The notes beneath the pieces are model-generated. The model was not told the DNA's origin. It ran no database searches and saw only the letters and a program-made list of their open reading frames with translations. This document shows positions 41,366 through 54,800 of a DNA stretch of 64,000 nucleotides, piece after piece. The stretch covers positions 28,768,001 to 28,832,000 of the forward strand of contig NC_092354.1 of the NCBI RefSeq assembly GCF_963676685.1, given 5' to 3'. The position numbers were made by a program, and so were the translations under genes. This DNA is from Mytilus edulis (lineage: Eukaryota). Each line of letters begins with the position of its first letter. Position 1 is the stretch's first letter.

Positions 41366-43391
41366 TTCAAGTATCATTAGTTTGTTAGTTTTCCAAACTA
41401 GGAGTTTCAGGATGAAATTTATTAATAAAGCCATCGATTGGGTTGGAATCTGTAGGATAAATTTCTACTGCTAAAATAAAAATAAAAATATGACTCTTGT
41501 GGGGTTTAACCGATAGAAAAAATTCGCAAATATGGTATCGTTGTAAAACTTATTTTATTATTTCATATAGAAGTAATGGTGAACATTTGGAGATAATGCA
41601 CTTCAAACTTCATTTCTTTCTTCTTTTTTTTTTGTTTATCTTTGTAGATGTCTTACCAGTAAACTGATGTCTGAAATGAACATAAAAGGGAAAATGACTA
41701 AACATGCCTTTGGTGACTAAAACCTGTTCGAAATTATAAGTGAGTCATACCAATGTTTTACAAAATGAAGAATGTGTTACAATTTGTCACCAAATCCTAC
41801 TCTGGCATTACATTATTTTTTACCCAAATCTTTTCACAAAATCCTTGCATTGAAAATTAATTAACACAATAACCCAAAGGTTGCCATCAGTAAATTATTT
41901 TAAATAATGATATCATTAAACAGAAATAAGTTGTTCACTTAAAATAGAATAGTACTTAATGTGAACTGCAAAAGAAAATTTACCAAATTATGATGGTGTA
42001 CTTATACAAAGGTTTTCCTATTGCAGATACTGTAGTAAAAAGTAAAAACACAAAATTACTGAACTCCGAGGAAAATTCAAAAAGAAAAGTCCCAAATCAA
42101 TTGGCAAAATCAAAAGTTTAAACACATCAAACGAATGGATAACAACTGTCATATTCCTGACTTGGTACAGGCATCTTATGCAGAAAATGTTGGATTGAAC
42201 CTGGTTTTAATGCTAGCTAAACATCTCACTTCTATGACCAGGTCAGGTCGAACTCGGAAAATCAGGTATACTCGGTTTTGCGAGTTTTCAATCCCATCAT
42301 GCAGTTTCGTCAATAAAGGGAGATAATTTTGTCGGAATTTTTAGTTTCATTTGGCGGGAATTTTTAAAATTAAAAAAATATATATATTTAAATCCTATAT
42401 ATATATTGAATTGGTAAAACAATAAAGTATTTTATTAAAGTAAAGTGTTGTGTTGTATATTCATTTGAATAATTGAGCAATTATTTTTTCACAATGTTGG
42501 TCTATCTATTTCGCTGTAAATACACTGGTGTTCAAATGTTAATTAATATGATCAGATTGGTTAATTATCATGTTTGATGTTTGATAATTAATTGATATGT
42601 AAAATAAATAACTCAGTTAATAAAATTGTTTTGTAACAGTCTTTGAAGTTTTATTCATTTTTGTTTTCATTGATAGCTGATCCCGGCTTGTGAAAGTTAT
42701 TATCTCAAGCCCAAGCTTTAATTTAATGTGAACAGCATTGCATTCACTCAAGTTAATTGAGAAATTTAAGACAATTAAGAATTTGTTTATATATACTGCA
42801 ATTGAATTTCATCAATTTCCATAAGCTATCTGATCTCATAACTTGTTATAACGTAGAAACATCATAATATTCCTTTATTTCCGTGTACAACAGTACATAT
42901 GCCAAAGACAAAGTAAGTATTTATACTTTTATTTTTTTGGATGTAGTACATTTGTGTCGTTTTTTTTTCTCGGTTTTTTTTTTTATTAATTAACAAATAC
43001 AGTGTAAAGCAACAAGTTACTGTTTTTCTCATACGAATATTAAGATAAATATATGAAACACATAGAATCTTCATCTTTTCTGACACTAGATCTGGAACGT
43101 GTGATTAATTTTAATTGTGTATTGCTCATAGTTTCAACATGACATATCAATGAAAGTAAACCTGACATCATTTAGTCCTGAATATGCATGTAATATTTTT
43201 CACTGGACATTTGACAAACAACATCAATCGTTTCTATATATTTCCAATTCATGAAATAATTGCCACTGAACGTTTACAGAATAAAGGTTTTATGCAGAGG
43301 AACAGTATTTATTATGTTTTATAATTAATTGTATTGTAAATGTATTGCAATCTCCAATATATTCTATAACATTTATCTCTCTTAATTTCAG

Positions 43392-44184
43392 CAAAAAGAA
43401 GGTAGTTACAGCTAGTTACCAAGAAGACAAGCATCTTCGTACCAACACCAAGAATCGCCGCAAGCAGACCTTGTTCATGAAGGCTCAAGAATTCAGCACT
43501 CTAACAGGCTGCTTTGTATTCATGAAGATTGTAGACAACGATCTACAAAAGTCTTTCGTTCTCAGCACAGATGACTTGTACTCTGCTTATCAGCTTGGTG
43601 GTCTCAAACCACATACTATTGAAGAAAGACTCACCTATACAGATGACAACCAACACCAGTTTGGACTAAACCCAGTGATGCCATCACCCATAAAGATTAC
43701 CAAAAGACAGCCAGCCAAACTGCATTTTACCTGGGGGACTTAAACAACTTCCGGTGTTTGTGGACAATACCGTAGTGACGCACCAAGAAGAGGAAACATC
43801 AATGCAATTATCACCACCACCTGTCACTGTTAATGCAACAACACCATCTGATGAACAAGATCCCATAGCCACCATGGACAACGACTTGGTTTTGAAAGTA
43901 CTTGATCTTATTGACGATCACCCGAGTTTGTCTGAAACAACCATAGACCTACTAGAGACCATGAGTACCAGTCATTGTTGAAGTTGAAGAAGTGACAGAA
44001 AGCAGTTCCCTAACAACCTGCAGATACTGCAAGACTTCTTATGAAAAAGACAATGCCAACGGTCGCCAGAAGAAATGGGTGCAGTGTGAGGGTAATTGCA
44101 ACCAGTGGATGCAGTGCATGTCTGCCCAAGAAACACCCTAGACCTTCAAAGAAGACCAACACTTGGAGTTGCCCTTGTTCTTAA
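43392..44184 (+). pseudogene. Divergent SRF-type MADS-box protein with C-terminal PHD finger, frameshifted
   Basis: After a tttcag acceptor: YQEDKHLRTNTKNRRKQTLFMKAQEFSTLTGCFV (cf. SRF FIDNKLRRYTTFSKRKTGIMKKAYELSTLTGTQV). An acidic S/T/P linker follows, then CRYC...WVQCEGNCNQWM...ACL...WSCPC. About three frameshifts. Confidence 0.7.
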
Positions 44185-44245
44185 GTTAAACAAAAGACAT
44201 AGTGATATTGACATTTGATATGTACAATTTATTATATACAACTAT

Positions 44246-44520
44246 GATTGATTGTTGGTTGCTTAACGTCCAGTGGCAAATATTTCATGCATATTCAGGA
44301 CGAGAACAAATTCACAATAAATACAATAGGTAGGTTGATACAATAGAGGCCTTCTGGGATGATGGTCTGGGAAATTTGGACTGCCACTGGAAAATGAGGG
44401 TATATTGGATAGGGACATCAATTTTGCCTTGCAACAGGCCACCTACGGACCCTCAAAAAGTTGTTGCAAGGGTTCTTAATGTGCAAAAAGCGTGGCACTC
44501 TCTTAACACGAGGCATCGGA
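44246..44520 (-). mobile_element. 5'-truncated MetaSINE-like copy
   Basis: Same family as 10633-10993. Confidence 0.7.
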
Positions 44521-46687
44521 ATTGAAGAGAGGAATAGCTAATTGAAACTCTCAGATGACAATACAAACATTCATTGTATACTTCAAAAGAATAAATGTTA
44601 TTTCCTTATAAATCGATCAATTTGGAATAAATGTTATTCAAATGTATAATTTTTACCAAGACTACACAATAATGGAAATAGAATCACAGACCATCGCTCA
44701 TTGTGATAACTTCCTATCATTGTTCATCACCTATATTGGGGCAGTATACACATTTAATTTGGTTTATCCCAAGAAAATTGAGAAAACTATGTAATTTTTT
44801 CAGAGTCATGATGGGATTAGTTGATGTAGATACCTGCTTAGACAGGAAACTTTTGAATGTATTGGCTGTGGTGAAAAATAAAAAAAAGAATTAATATGAT
44901 GGAATATATCAAGAACTTTTACCATGTAAAAATGATAGATCTTTTTATTTTGTAGATTAGTATATTTTTGTTCTTGTGTGGGTTTTGATATTGTACACAC
45001 ACCGAAAAATTTGAATGGTTCTTTTGCTGACCATCAGAACTAAAATTTCCCTATGACAATGTGTATACATACTGGTTACATTCCCAAGTTATTTCTCAAT
45101 AAGATGAAACCTAAAGATCATATCTAAGAACAAGTATTGTAAACAAAACTAAATATCTATGAATATTATTGTCTCCCCAAAAGAGGCATGGTTTGTGAAA
45201 CAGATGTATTACTTTTGGTGGATTGAAAAGTTTATACATTGTGCATGTTGTGTATATTCAGATAAAATGATTACTATAGATTACTTTTTTTCATGGGTAT
45301 CAATTTTTGTGGTTTTGGTTTGAGAAAACTTGCATATTCATGAATATTTTATTTTTTTTGGGGAAAAGTCTGCACTCATTCCTATAGAAAGTTTGTAATT
45401 TGTTGAACATTAAAATACATGGTGTTCCTGTACCCATGAAATTTGGTCTCCAACGAAAAGTAACATGATTAATGTAATAAATAAGCATGTCCTCCCCCCT
45501 TTTTTATATTTTTTTGTGTACTGTTTGAACTAATGAGCATACTATAAAAAATGCAAAATAAATGCATGACTGATACTATGCATGTTTCTTTTTTTAATAG
45601 CTAAGGCATGGATGAGATTGTCCTTCCAGCTCAAATGGTCATCTTCCCAATATTGGCAGTAGTATTGTCTGTAATCTTAACACTTATTGTCCGGCATATA
45701 ATTGTCAAGTTGAAATACGTTGACAGACTCAGAATACGGGTTTTAGACATTTCAATTAGGTATGTCTTCTGTAAAATATATAATGAATATATATATATTT
45801 GAAAAAAGGATTGCACCACTAAAACTTTTTTCAGTGTACATTTCTTTTTCCATACTTTGGAGTTTAATAAATAAAATGTTTTGGATTTTTTTTAAAATGG
45901 TAAATAATGTTACTTTGGTGTTTTTTTCTAAGATCCAAGGTTTTATAAATAATCAAATTCATAGAAATCCAAATTACATTTGATTTAAATAATGCAATTG
46001 GATATTTGTATTTATCAGACTTTAATTTAAAATGAGGTAGAATTACAAAAAAAGCCTTGCTTGTAAATTTATTAATATTCATTATCATTTAAGCATGTAA
46101 ATTTAACACAAGTGTTGCAGTTCTTTTCAGGATGTGCATTTTGTTTTATTACTTCTATTTCATTTTGGTTTTTTGGAATAAGTACTATACAGTTCTTTTA
46201 TTTTTGTAGCCTTTTCAAGAAGTGAATTTATATATACTAGCTCATTATTTTATACTTTTAGCATGTTTAAACGTCTTCAGAAACATGGGCAAATTCACAA
46301 AATTACAAAAAGGCGAGACATATCTCTGTTAACAGTTCATATACAATTAGAAGAGTACAGCAAATGCAAGAGAGAGGCGAGAGACATCAAAGGGACATCC
46401 AAACTCATAAGCAAAAAAATAAACTTACAATGCCATGGCAAAAAAATGAAAAGAAAAAAAAAGACAAACAACAGTATACAAAATACAACATAGACATGCA
46501 ACTTGAAACAGAAATGCACTGTTTGTCAAAATGATAATGTCTGTGTACAATGTTTTCATGATGTATAAAACATGTAAAATCCCTGAGGGTAGAAACATTT
46601 AAAATAATCATGCAAAAAATAGTAGGTAACAAAGTTATCATTAAAATAGTTTAGATGTTTGGGTAAATTTCAGGACACACAACAACA

Positions 46688-47030
46688 ATGATAGAAGGAG
46701 ACCGTAGAAATAGCTGCAGCTCTGGGAACGAGGCAGACATGTTTGGAGTACAGCTTATGAAGGACAAAGTAGAGGCTATGGCCTATAAAAAAAACCCAAA
46801 CCTGGGACTCTCAGCAAATACCAAACTGAGGACAGATTAATAAAAACAGAGAAAATGAAAAAGACTAGACTGATAAAAGAGCTCACAAGAATTGGTGGAA
46901 AGTTACAAACACATGATAAAGAACACGTGGAGTGTCTTTTTATTATTAAGAATAATGCTACAAACAGGTTTAAATATGAGGGCTTTGGAGATGTGTGTGA
47001 CAATTTTTAGAATGGCTTGCCATTAAAAAA
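46688..47030 (+). pseudogene. NRF1-N-terminus-like ORF, paralog of 23715-23948
   Basis: KPKPG...KMKKTRLIKELTRIGGKLQTHDKEHVECLFIIKNNATNRFKYEG. Frameshift in an A8 run and an in-frame TAG. Confidence 0.45.
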
Positions 47031-47992
47031 AAAAATCAAAGTGCCGGAAATATACTTTTCCAGAACAGGGTTCATTTTCTAAACACAAATGAAGTAGACA
47101 ACGAAATTGAACAGCTGACCCCAAATAAGTATTCATTTGGGTTTATTGCCGAACAAAATCAACCAACAACATCTAGCAGTAGCAACATGATTCTCTGTGA
47201 GTTGCAGAAGAAAAGAATCAATGCCATGGAAATAAAGGATTCGGAAACTGTAAACATTAAAAGGTGAGATCTTTCACAAGTATTGGATGTGTAAATTTGT
47301 ACTAAGTACATAATGATATGTAGCAGTCATATTCTTTTTTAAACGGAAGCTTAAATTTCATTAAGATTCTAGATATTTTTAACCAGTGTGTAAATGTTTG
47401 ATATTATCTTTCTTTGTATGAAGTGTGATATGCTAATGTTATTTTGTAATATTTACAGAAAGAGGGAACTGGGACCTCTTTATCATAAAGAAAATTGATA
47501 ATATTAATTATAAAAAAGAAGATGTGGTATGATTGCCAATGAGACAACTGTCCACTAGAGACAAAAATGACAGACATTAACAACTTTCGATCACTGTATA
47601 GTCTTCAACAATGAGCTAAGCCTATACCACATAGTCAAGCTTTAAAAGTCCGTGATATGACAATGTAAACAATTCAAACGAGAAAACTAAATTGAAAGTT
47701 GTTCCAGATTTTATTAATAATGTCAAGATCTTTTGTAAAAGCTTATTAAAACTTGAAACCTACTGAGGACTGTTCAAGCAAAACATACATGGGACACTGA
47801 CAGGGGAAGGTAAAATAAATGAAAAGGTACATACTATTAATTTGATCTTGGTCAAAGGATAAATACAGCTTCTGTACTTTAAAAACATAGCTTGTGTTTC
47901 GGTAAATTGAAAACATGGTATATGTAAAGAAACTCCACACGATTTATAAGAAAGTAATTATTTTCAAGATCACAGACTGAACTAATGACTTG

Positions 47993-48566
47993 TAAATAGT
48001 AAACACACAAAAATTCTGAATTACGAGGACATTTCAAAAAGGAAAGTCCCAAATCAAATGGCAAAATCAATAGTTCAAACACATCAAACGAATGGATAAC
48101 AACTGTCATATTCCTGACTTGGTACAGGCATTTTCTTGTGTAGAAATGGTGGATTGAACCTGGTTTTATAGCTAGCTAAACCTCTCACTTGTATGACAGT
48201 CGCATCAAATTCCATTACATTGTCAACGATGTGTGAACAAAACAAACAGACACAATAAGTAAAAATGTTGAAAACAGGGGTACATCAGTCAACATTGTGT
48301 TATCATCTTAATCACTATAAAAAAAAATGTAACGAAGAAGCACAAAAAAGGCAGACATCAAATTTAACATCCTCATTTTGCTTATATTATACGATTATAT
48401 TTATCTATGTAAAATCTACCCACGAAGAATGGAAGAATTTCAGTACTGGTGTAAATGAGCGCATTGGAAATTCGCACAGGTAGATATAAAATAATTTTGT
48501 CGTTCAAAGTATGACGCATACATAAATGCAGAGTCACGTAAAGCGTAAAGTAGATATAACAAAAAT
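47993..48566 (+). repeat. Dispersed repeat abutting the truncated end of MULE copy 1
   Basis: Matches 42030-42240 (aaaagtcccaaatcaa...cacatcaaacgaatggataacaactgtcatattcctgacttggtacaggc). Confidence 0.7.
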
Positions 48567-51500
48567 ACAGAACTAATTTTAACTCACATGTATGTGGAAA
48601 TTACTGGTAGGGTAGGATGCCTAACTTATAGAATAGAAAAATAGAAAATATTTTTTTTATTCACCAAATAAGGGCCCCTAGAAGGGCATATAGCATACAA
48701 ACAATAACATATGCAATACACAGACAATAGATATTTAATATGAGTAATAAAATAATACTACAGGAAACACTAAACAAAATAATAGCAATATACTAGTACT
48801 ATTATAATTCAATTAATACTAGTGTTGACATTGACTTATGTGCTGCAGGTTTATTAGTGTATTTTACCTATAAAAAGAAAAACAAGAAGTATAAGTAGGT
48901 AGTACTGAGAAATATTTACACATATAAATACATTAAATTACACACAGTTTGTTTTTTTAATAAATTTACTGCACGCGTTGCCGTTTTAGCGTAGTTGTCC
49001 TATCAGCCAGTTTCCTTTTCCTCTGACCTTTCTTCTTTCCTTTCGACCTAGCTTCATTGACCACTCGTCTGCCATCTGTTGACTTAACCAATTTGGTCTT
49101 CATACGGTATCGGCGGAACCTGGCAAAATATTTGTACCTTTCCATTAAAGTTTTGTTTGCCCAAACATGCCTGTCAATCTTAAAATGTTCGTGTGTGCTC
49201 GCAAGCGTATAAGGTCCTCTCCCGATCACTGCTCTCCGTAAATCTTTATAGTTTGCCTCTACCATGTCTGTCATCTTTATCACAAAGTCAACTAATGACT
49301 GAGGCTTCCAATCAACAGCTATCTTCAGAACATGATTGTACGATTCACTATTATTGTTAGTCCACTCTCTTTCAATTCTTCCCGCATTTTGTGGCTCATA
49401 TATTTTCCCTTTAAGGACTGGCTTCAAAACCGTTGAAAAGTAGCCTTTCAATGATGGAAATTTCTCCTTGCAGAATTCTTCGACTTCTTCACACTTTTCT
49501 TCAAAAACGGCACTATCGTCTGCATTAGATATGCCATTTCTTCCAAAAATGCGTTGCTCGATATCTAATCTCTCCTTTCTGTGCATCCCAACTCCATTTT
49601 TCATCTTTTCTGAAAGGTTTAGTTTCAAATGCCGTGTACATAATACATGAGTTGCTTCTGGAAAACTTTTGACAATGGCTTTAACTAAAGATCCTTCTTG
49701 ATCGGAACCAATGACCAATTCCGAGGTGTCCACATCCGCGAGTTTGGTCTTAAGATGCGAGAAAAATATACTATACGTATCAAAATGCGAACAGTCGTGT
49801 AAAAACATGGGTCCGACAAATAAAGGCGGTTCTCCTGTTTCAATCTTTGTGACAGAAAGTTGTTTGAAAACAGATGGTGTCACATGAATGTCACAAATGT
49901 TAAATGTTTTGTCGAAACCCAAAAGAGTTTGTCCACTGCAGCACAAGTTCACAACGTCCTTCATCATTTCTTCCGTATACAGGATAACGCACGGTGTTTT
50001 ACCTGGAGAATGAGCCACATGCTTAATTAAACTGTGTCCTTTCTGCATCATATTTTCTATAGTTTGTATGTTATCTGCCATATTTCCACGGTTTCCTGTT
50101 ACGCCAGTTATATTCCGAATTTCTTTCTTCTTATCGCGGTATTTTTTGTCACGAATCTGTCTTGGTGCCGAAGGCCCGGTTGCTTCATCACTACAGTTGA
50201 TTAACAATTTATTATATGCATTTTTTGGACGCATGGTTTTCACAAGTTCTCCCATTTCTTCAAATAACAGTGCTGGAGTTCGAACGAATTCACTTCCTTT
50301 CTTTGAATTGCCATGAGCAGAAAAACCGGGGTGTTTGCCTTTATATTCCACGACAGCCGCATTGAAGTTGATATCAAATGAAGGAGGTGCTTTTCCGACC
50401 CATGTTACTCTTTTCTTGTATGACTGTTGCTTAAGAGTGGAGTAGCTACGACTGATTTCCACGATTTTTTCATCGGCGGGCTGAGGATCCACTGGAATGA
50501 ATTCTTTCTTCTTGTTTATTTGCTTTTCAGTACAAAATATACCCTGTCTACATACAACAGCTTTTAGCTTACCATCATCTTGAACAACATATGTCTTAGG
50601 TGTTGACCCAGATGAACTAATCCAGACCCCACAGTCATCGGAAAATTCACTACGTAAGTTATTAACTCGTCTTGCAATGTTTCTGGAGTTGTCAATTGTA
50701 AAACATACGTTGTCTTTCTTTCCTTCTGGGATACCATGTCTAACATCTTTTGATTTCAGTTTATTTAAAAGTTCCTCTAAATTTAAAAACTCTCCGTATC
50801 TTAATTGTTCTTCTGGTTGAAACATACAAGAATTTGATACTTCATCGAGAGAATCGTCTTTTTCGGCGTCATCTGAACTGTCATTGTCTTCATTCTCCAG
50901 GTTTTCTTTTGCCTCATCTGACCCATTGCTCCTTTGGTTATGAAAGAAACTAAAATTGTCTGACAAAACTGATTGATCAAGGGAACTGTTGTGCGTATTG
51001 CTACTGCTTTCATCTGGATCACTTTCACCAAATATATCCGTAACAGTTCTTTCTGCAGATTCACCAGTTTCGTCTGCAGTCTTTGGTTTTATGCTGTAAA
51101 AAAAATACATGTCTTAATAGAATAAGAAAAGAATGAACCAACGCGCCATATGGTATCATAAAACACAGATGACACATCACGAACAAGTATACTACTAGTA
51201 TTTAAAATTGAACAATATATATTCACTTGATGAACAACTAAATAGCTAGAAATTGTATTTTATTATGGTGTAAAAGCGGCATCACCCTTAAACGGTAAAG
51301 GTAACGCCACATAAATCAAAGGCTGTTTTATGTGGTAATGAGTATTGAATACATAAATTTCATAACACGGACGTACAAACCGACAAGGGTAAAAAATAAT
51401 GGCCCTTTCGCTACGGGGAGCCATACAAACGAATCTTATAATTCTTTATTTTTTATAATGCAACCTTGAAATTACTAGTTATCACAAATTAAATCGTGTT

Positions 51501-54500
51501 ACTATGTGCATGCAGTGTGTGACGTTGTCGTGAGAAGCAAGATCATGTGATGTAATGAATGTTGAAATTTACTGAGTGATACCCTTTGATATTGCAATGT
51601 CATTTTTTACATTGAATAAGTATTTATATCATACCTTTCATTGTTGTATGTAGCATCAGTACTGTCGACAGTATCACTGTGTTTGTTGTGCTGTTGGCTG
51701 CTGTTGTCTCTGTTGTGGGGGTCTATGCTTGTCTCGTAGTCTTGGTTAGTGCCTTCTTTGTTGCATTTGTTGTTTTTTGCATTTCTTTGGTTGCTTGTAT
51801 GGTCCTGATCACTACTGTCGTCCAGATCCACGAACTGTGAAGTCGGTGTATGTAATCTCAAAAGAGGTACACAGTGGTTTGGATCAAACACTGCGAATGG
51901 TTGTGGTCTTACTTTCATAGTCCACATTATTGTTACTGCAGCCTCTTCACTTTCATTAACAGTTCTCCCAACTATTTTTCTGTGATATGGCTCTGTATGG
52001 TAGTTTGAAGATACCAAAGGTGGATAATATGATTGAAGTGGCTTGTTTATAACAGCACTCAACCCATACATATGTTGCATGTCGGAATATGCTCCTATGA
52101 CTATGGCATTCCTGACAAGCTGTTCATATGGACTGGTTACTACACGGTTATCCCTAATCCTGTCGGTGTACCCTTTAGATGAGGTATCGTATTGCTGTTT
52201 ATTGCTTATGATTTCCAATGCAGTCAGGAGTCTGAGGTGATGATGGTAAATTTGCGTTCCAAAAAGTCCAGTTGATACAGAGCGATAAAGACAGTTGCCG
52301 TCGCCTATAGTTTCTATTGGTGTTCTGGTTTCCAATACCGCTGGCGCAAAACCGCGTAAAATATTTGCAGAGACTTCATCGACATTTTCCAGACAAATTT
52401 GATTGGATTGTTCCGGTAGTTTGATATCGTACGTCTTCAATAAAAGTGATTCAGATGTAGCAGTATTGGTTATTTGTGAGGTGTTTCCATCTTTCAATGT
52501 AGATTCTAACCTGAAATATGCCCAAAAATTAACATCAGCACAAATTAGTATCAATTTTCTCGTCCTTTTTATATATACTTGAACTTGAAAAGTGAGATAA
52601 TTAACGGTCTCGAAATGCGGTAATATGATTGATTGTTGGTTGCTTAACGTCCAGTGGCAAATATTTTTTGCAAATTCAGGACATTTTATACTTGTTTTAT
52701 AATTTATACATATATAATTCATGTAGAACGAAATGCGGTAATATCATTCATTTTCTTCTTTTTTTTTTTTTTTATCAAAAAGACATACCTTCATCAGTGA
52801 CATATTATATGTTTCTGTTAAATGTACATGTATTACCTTATAATATAGCAAGATAAAATTTTCATTGTCGATATACAAGTGAATAAGAAATATTAATTTA
52901 TGACTGTCAAACAATTGTTCTACATGAATTAAATTTTATAAATTATAAAACATGCACTGTTTTGTTCAATCTCGGTCGCTAATTTAATTAGTTGGAACAT
53001 TTCAACAATTCCTTATAAAGTTTTTCGAATGAGTATATATATTATATGCATATCACGTAAAATAGAAAATATCATATAAAACATGAAGGAAATTTAACAG
53101 TAATTATTGAATAAATACTAATAAGTTTGAGTACTTTGTTCTATTTGTTTGCCTTTGTTTGTGTTGTGTGTGTGTGTGAGTGTGTTACATTTTAAATTAA
53201 TACACATTAATTATGACTTTGACACGTTAAACTTGTCTATGGTTTGAAATCGTAAAAAAAAGGTCCCGTTATCTTCATGAACAAGCTTATCTATAATAGA
53301 TACATGTAGCGCAGGCAAATATTTATCACCATCGGACATCGTTTCGCTAATCTACATATATAAGTGGTTTATTAGATAAAATAAATAGAAATCAACAGGC
53401 CATTAATTTTTTCACACCCTTTATCTATACGCTTATTATAAGGTAAACAATTATTAATTATACCGAGAGCGGGTGCGCTTTTCATTTATCTATATTTCCT
53501 ATGAAAGACGAAACGAACAGACTATAAAAAAAATAATAATTGGGACATCTATACTAATTTAGTATCATAATCCGATATAATAATGATGTCATTTCTTTTT
53601 ATTAAAAAATCTTCTTTTATTCCCATGTAGCCCTTTGTTTTTACGAATTAAGAAATTGAAACTAAACAAGAATCTCGTAAAGTTTGGCAAGTTTAACATG
53701 TAGCAGGACTTGAAATTTTCGTCCAATATTTTTATAATTCTATTTTCTAAATATTTACCTTAACAAGGACTGCTGGCAGTCAAAACTTTCCTGATCAAAA
53801 CAGCAAAATTTGCAGTAAAATTTCAGTCCTCTCGTTGCCCATTGTTTTGTTAATTCTGATGACATTCCTTTGCCGACACAGCCACTGTGCACCCATTTTC
53901 CACACCCAAAGCAGAGGACGGATTCTGTGCATTCACAATCCTTACTACAGATACAGCAAGGGTACTGTTTTCGATATCGAGATTTACAACTACGTGCTCT
54001 CACCATTTTTTGTAATTTTGAAAAAAAGTGAGGAAACAAGCCTTTTTATTTTTTTTAAAGTGACGATTATCGTGTTTAAATCACGTGCAACAAATATTTT
54101 TGACATCTAACATCCGAGAGGAAATGGTGATGCTGACATGTATATTTTTTATATTACCATACCCAATGCCACCGGGCAATATGTTGACATCTTAATAATA
54201 AACAAACGAAATATTTTTTATTAAATGTAAGGATAAACATTTATAGTAAGATAATATTTGCTTTTCATTTATTTTTACTGCGTATTAGTATAAACATTTA
54301 AAATGCTGTCCTAATTTATGAACCTGATGTTCAGTGCATTGTTGTCGTTGATGTGATTAAAATCCTTGATGAAAAAATAAATAATTAAGCATACATGTAT
54401 TAAACAAAATTTAACTAGAAAAACATGTTAAATTGTTTCTTCTTTGTAAATTCACATATTCTTATAAATGCACAATCTAAATTTTTAATTATGCATTTAA

Positions 54501-54688
54501 TTTTATTATTACGAAGAATTGTTAACAATATAAAAAAAATATAATACATTGTTTTAACTTTATTCAATAAATATATATGTATCCTCTTTTCGGTTCTTTT
54601 CGGTCCTTTTCGGTTCTTTTTGGTCCTTTTCGGTTCTTTTCGGTTCTTTTCTGTAATTCGTCGCTCTTTTCTGTAAATCGTTGGACCG
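48567..54688 (-). mobile_element. Mutator-like (MULE) DNA transposon, copy 1, lacking its left TIR
   Basis: Near-identical to 54866-60986. Right TIR 54580-54688 is present; the first 172 bp of the element are absent. Confidence 0.9.
48966..54006 (-). CDS. PHD-OTU-MULE transposase fusion, 1083 aa (exons 54006-53759, 52510-51635, 51093-48966)
   Basis: Both GT-AG introns are phase 2 and in frame (248+876+2128=3252 nt). C4HC3 PHD; OTU GDGNCLYRS...PNHCVPL; MULE FDKTFN, GSDQE, CTRH and TNNNSESYN. Confidence 0.88.
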
Positions 54689-54800
54689 AAATAGGGTTCG
54701 ACGACTTACAGAAAAGAGCGACGATTTACAGAAAAGAACCGAAAAGGACCGAAAAGGACCAAAAAGAACCGAAAAGGACCGAAAAGAACCGAAAAGGATA
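54580..54800. repeat. Abutting terminal inverted repeats (~107 bp each) built of 10-bp subrepeats
   Basis: (cggt(t/c)ctttt)n...ctgtaaatcgttggaccg AAATA gggttcgacgacttacag...(aaaag(a/g)accg)n. Confidence 0.9.

Noticed and set aside
45601-45759. AG/GT-bounded exon encoding a hydrophobic helix (MVIFPILAVVLSVILTLIV)
   Set aside because: Plausible, but a single short exon with no recognisable family or linked exons.
49468-51064. Short overlapping or antisense ORFs within the transposase
   Set aside because: They are by-products of the main reading frame with no motifs.
51607-52722. Calling the 371-aa ORF a host vertnin (VRTN) gene
   Set aside because: It lies inside a TIR-bounded element, its first ~70 codons are intronic (including a SINE tail), and it splices in frame to the transposase.
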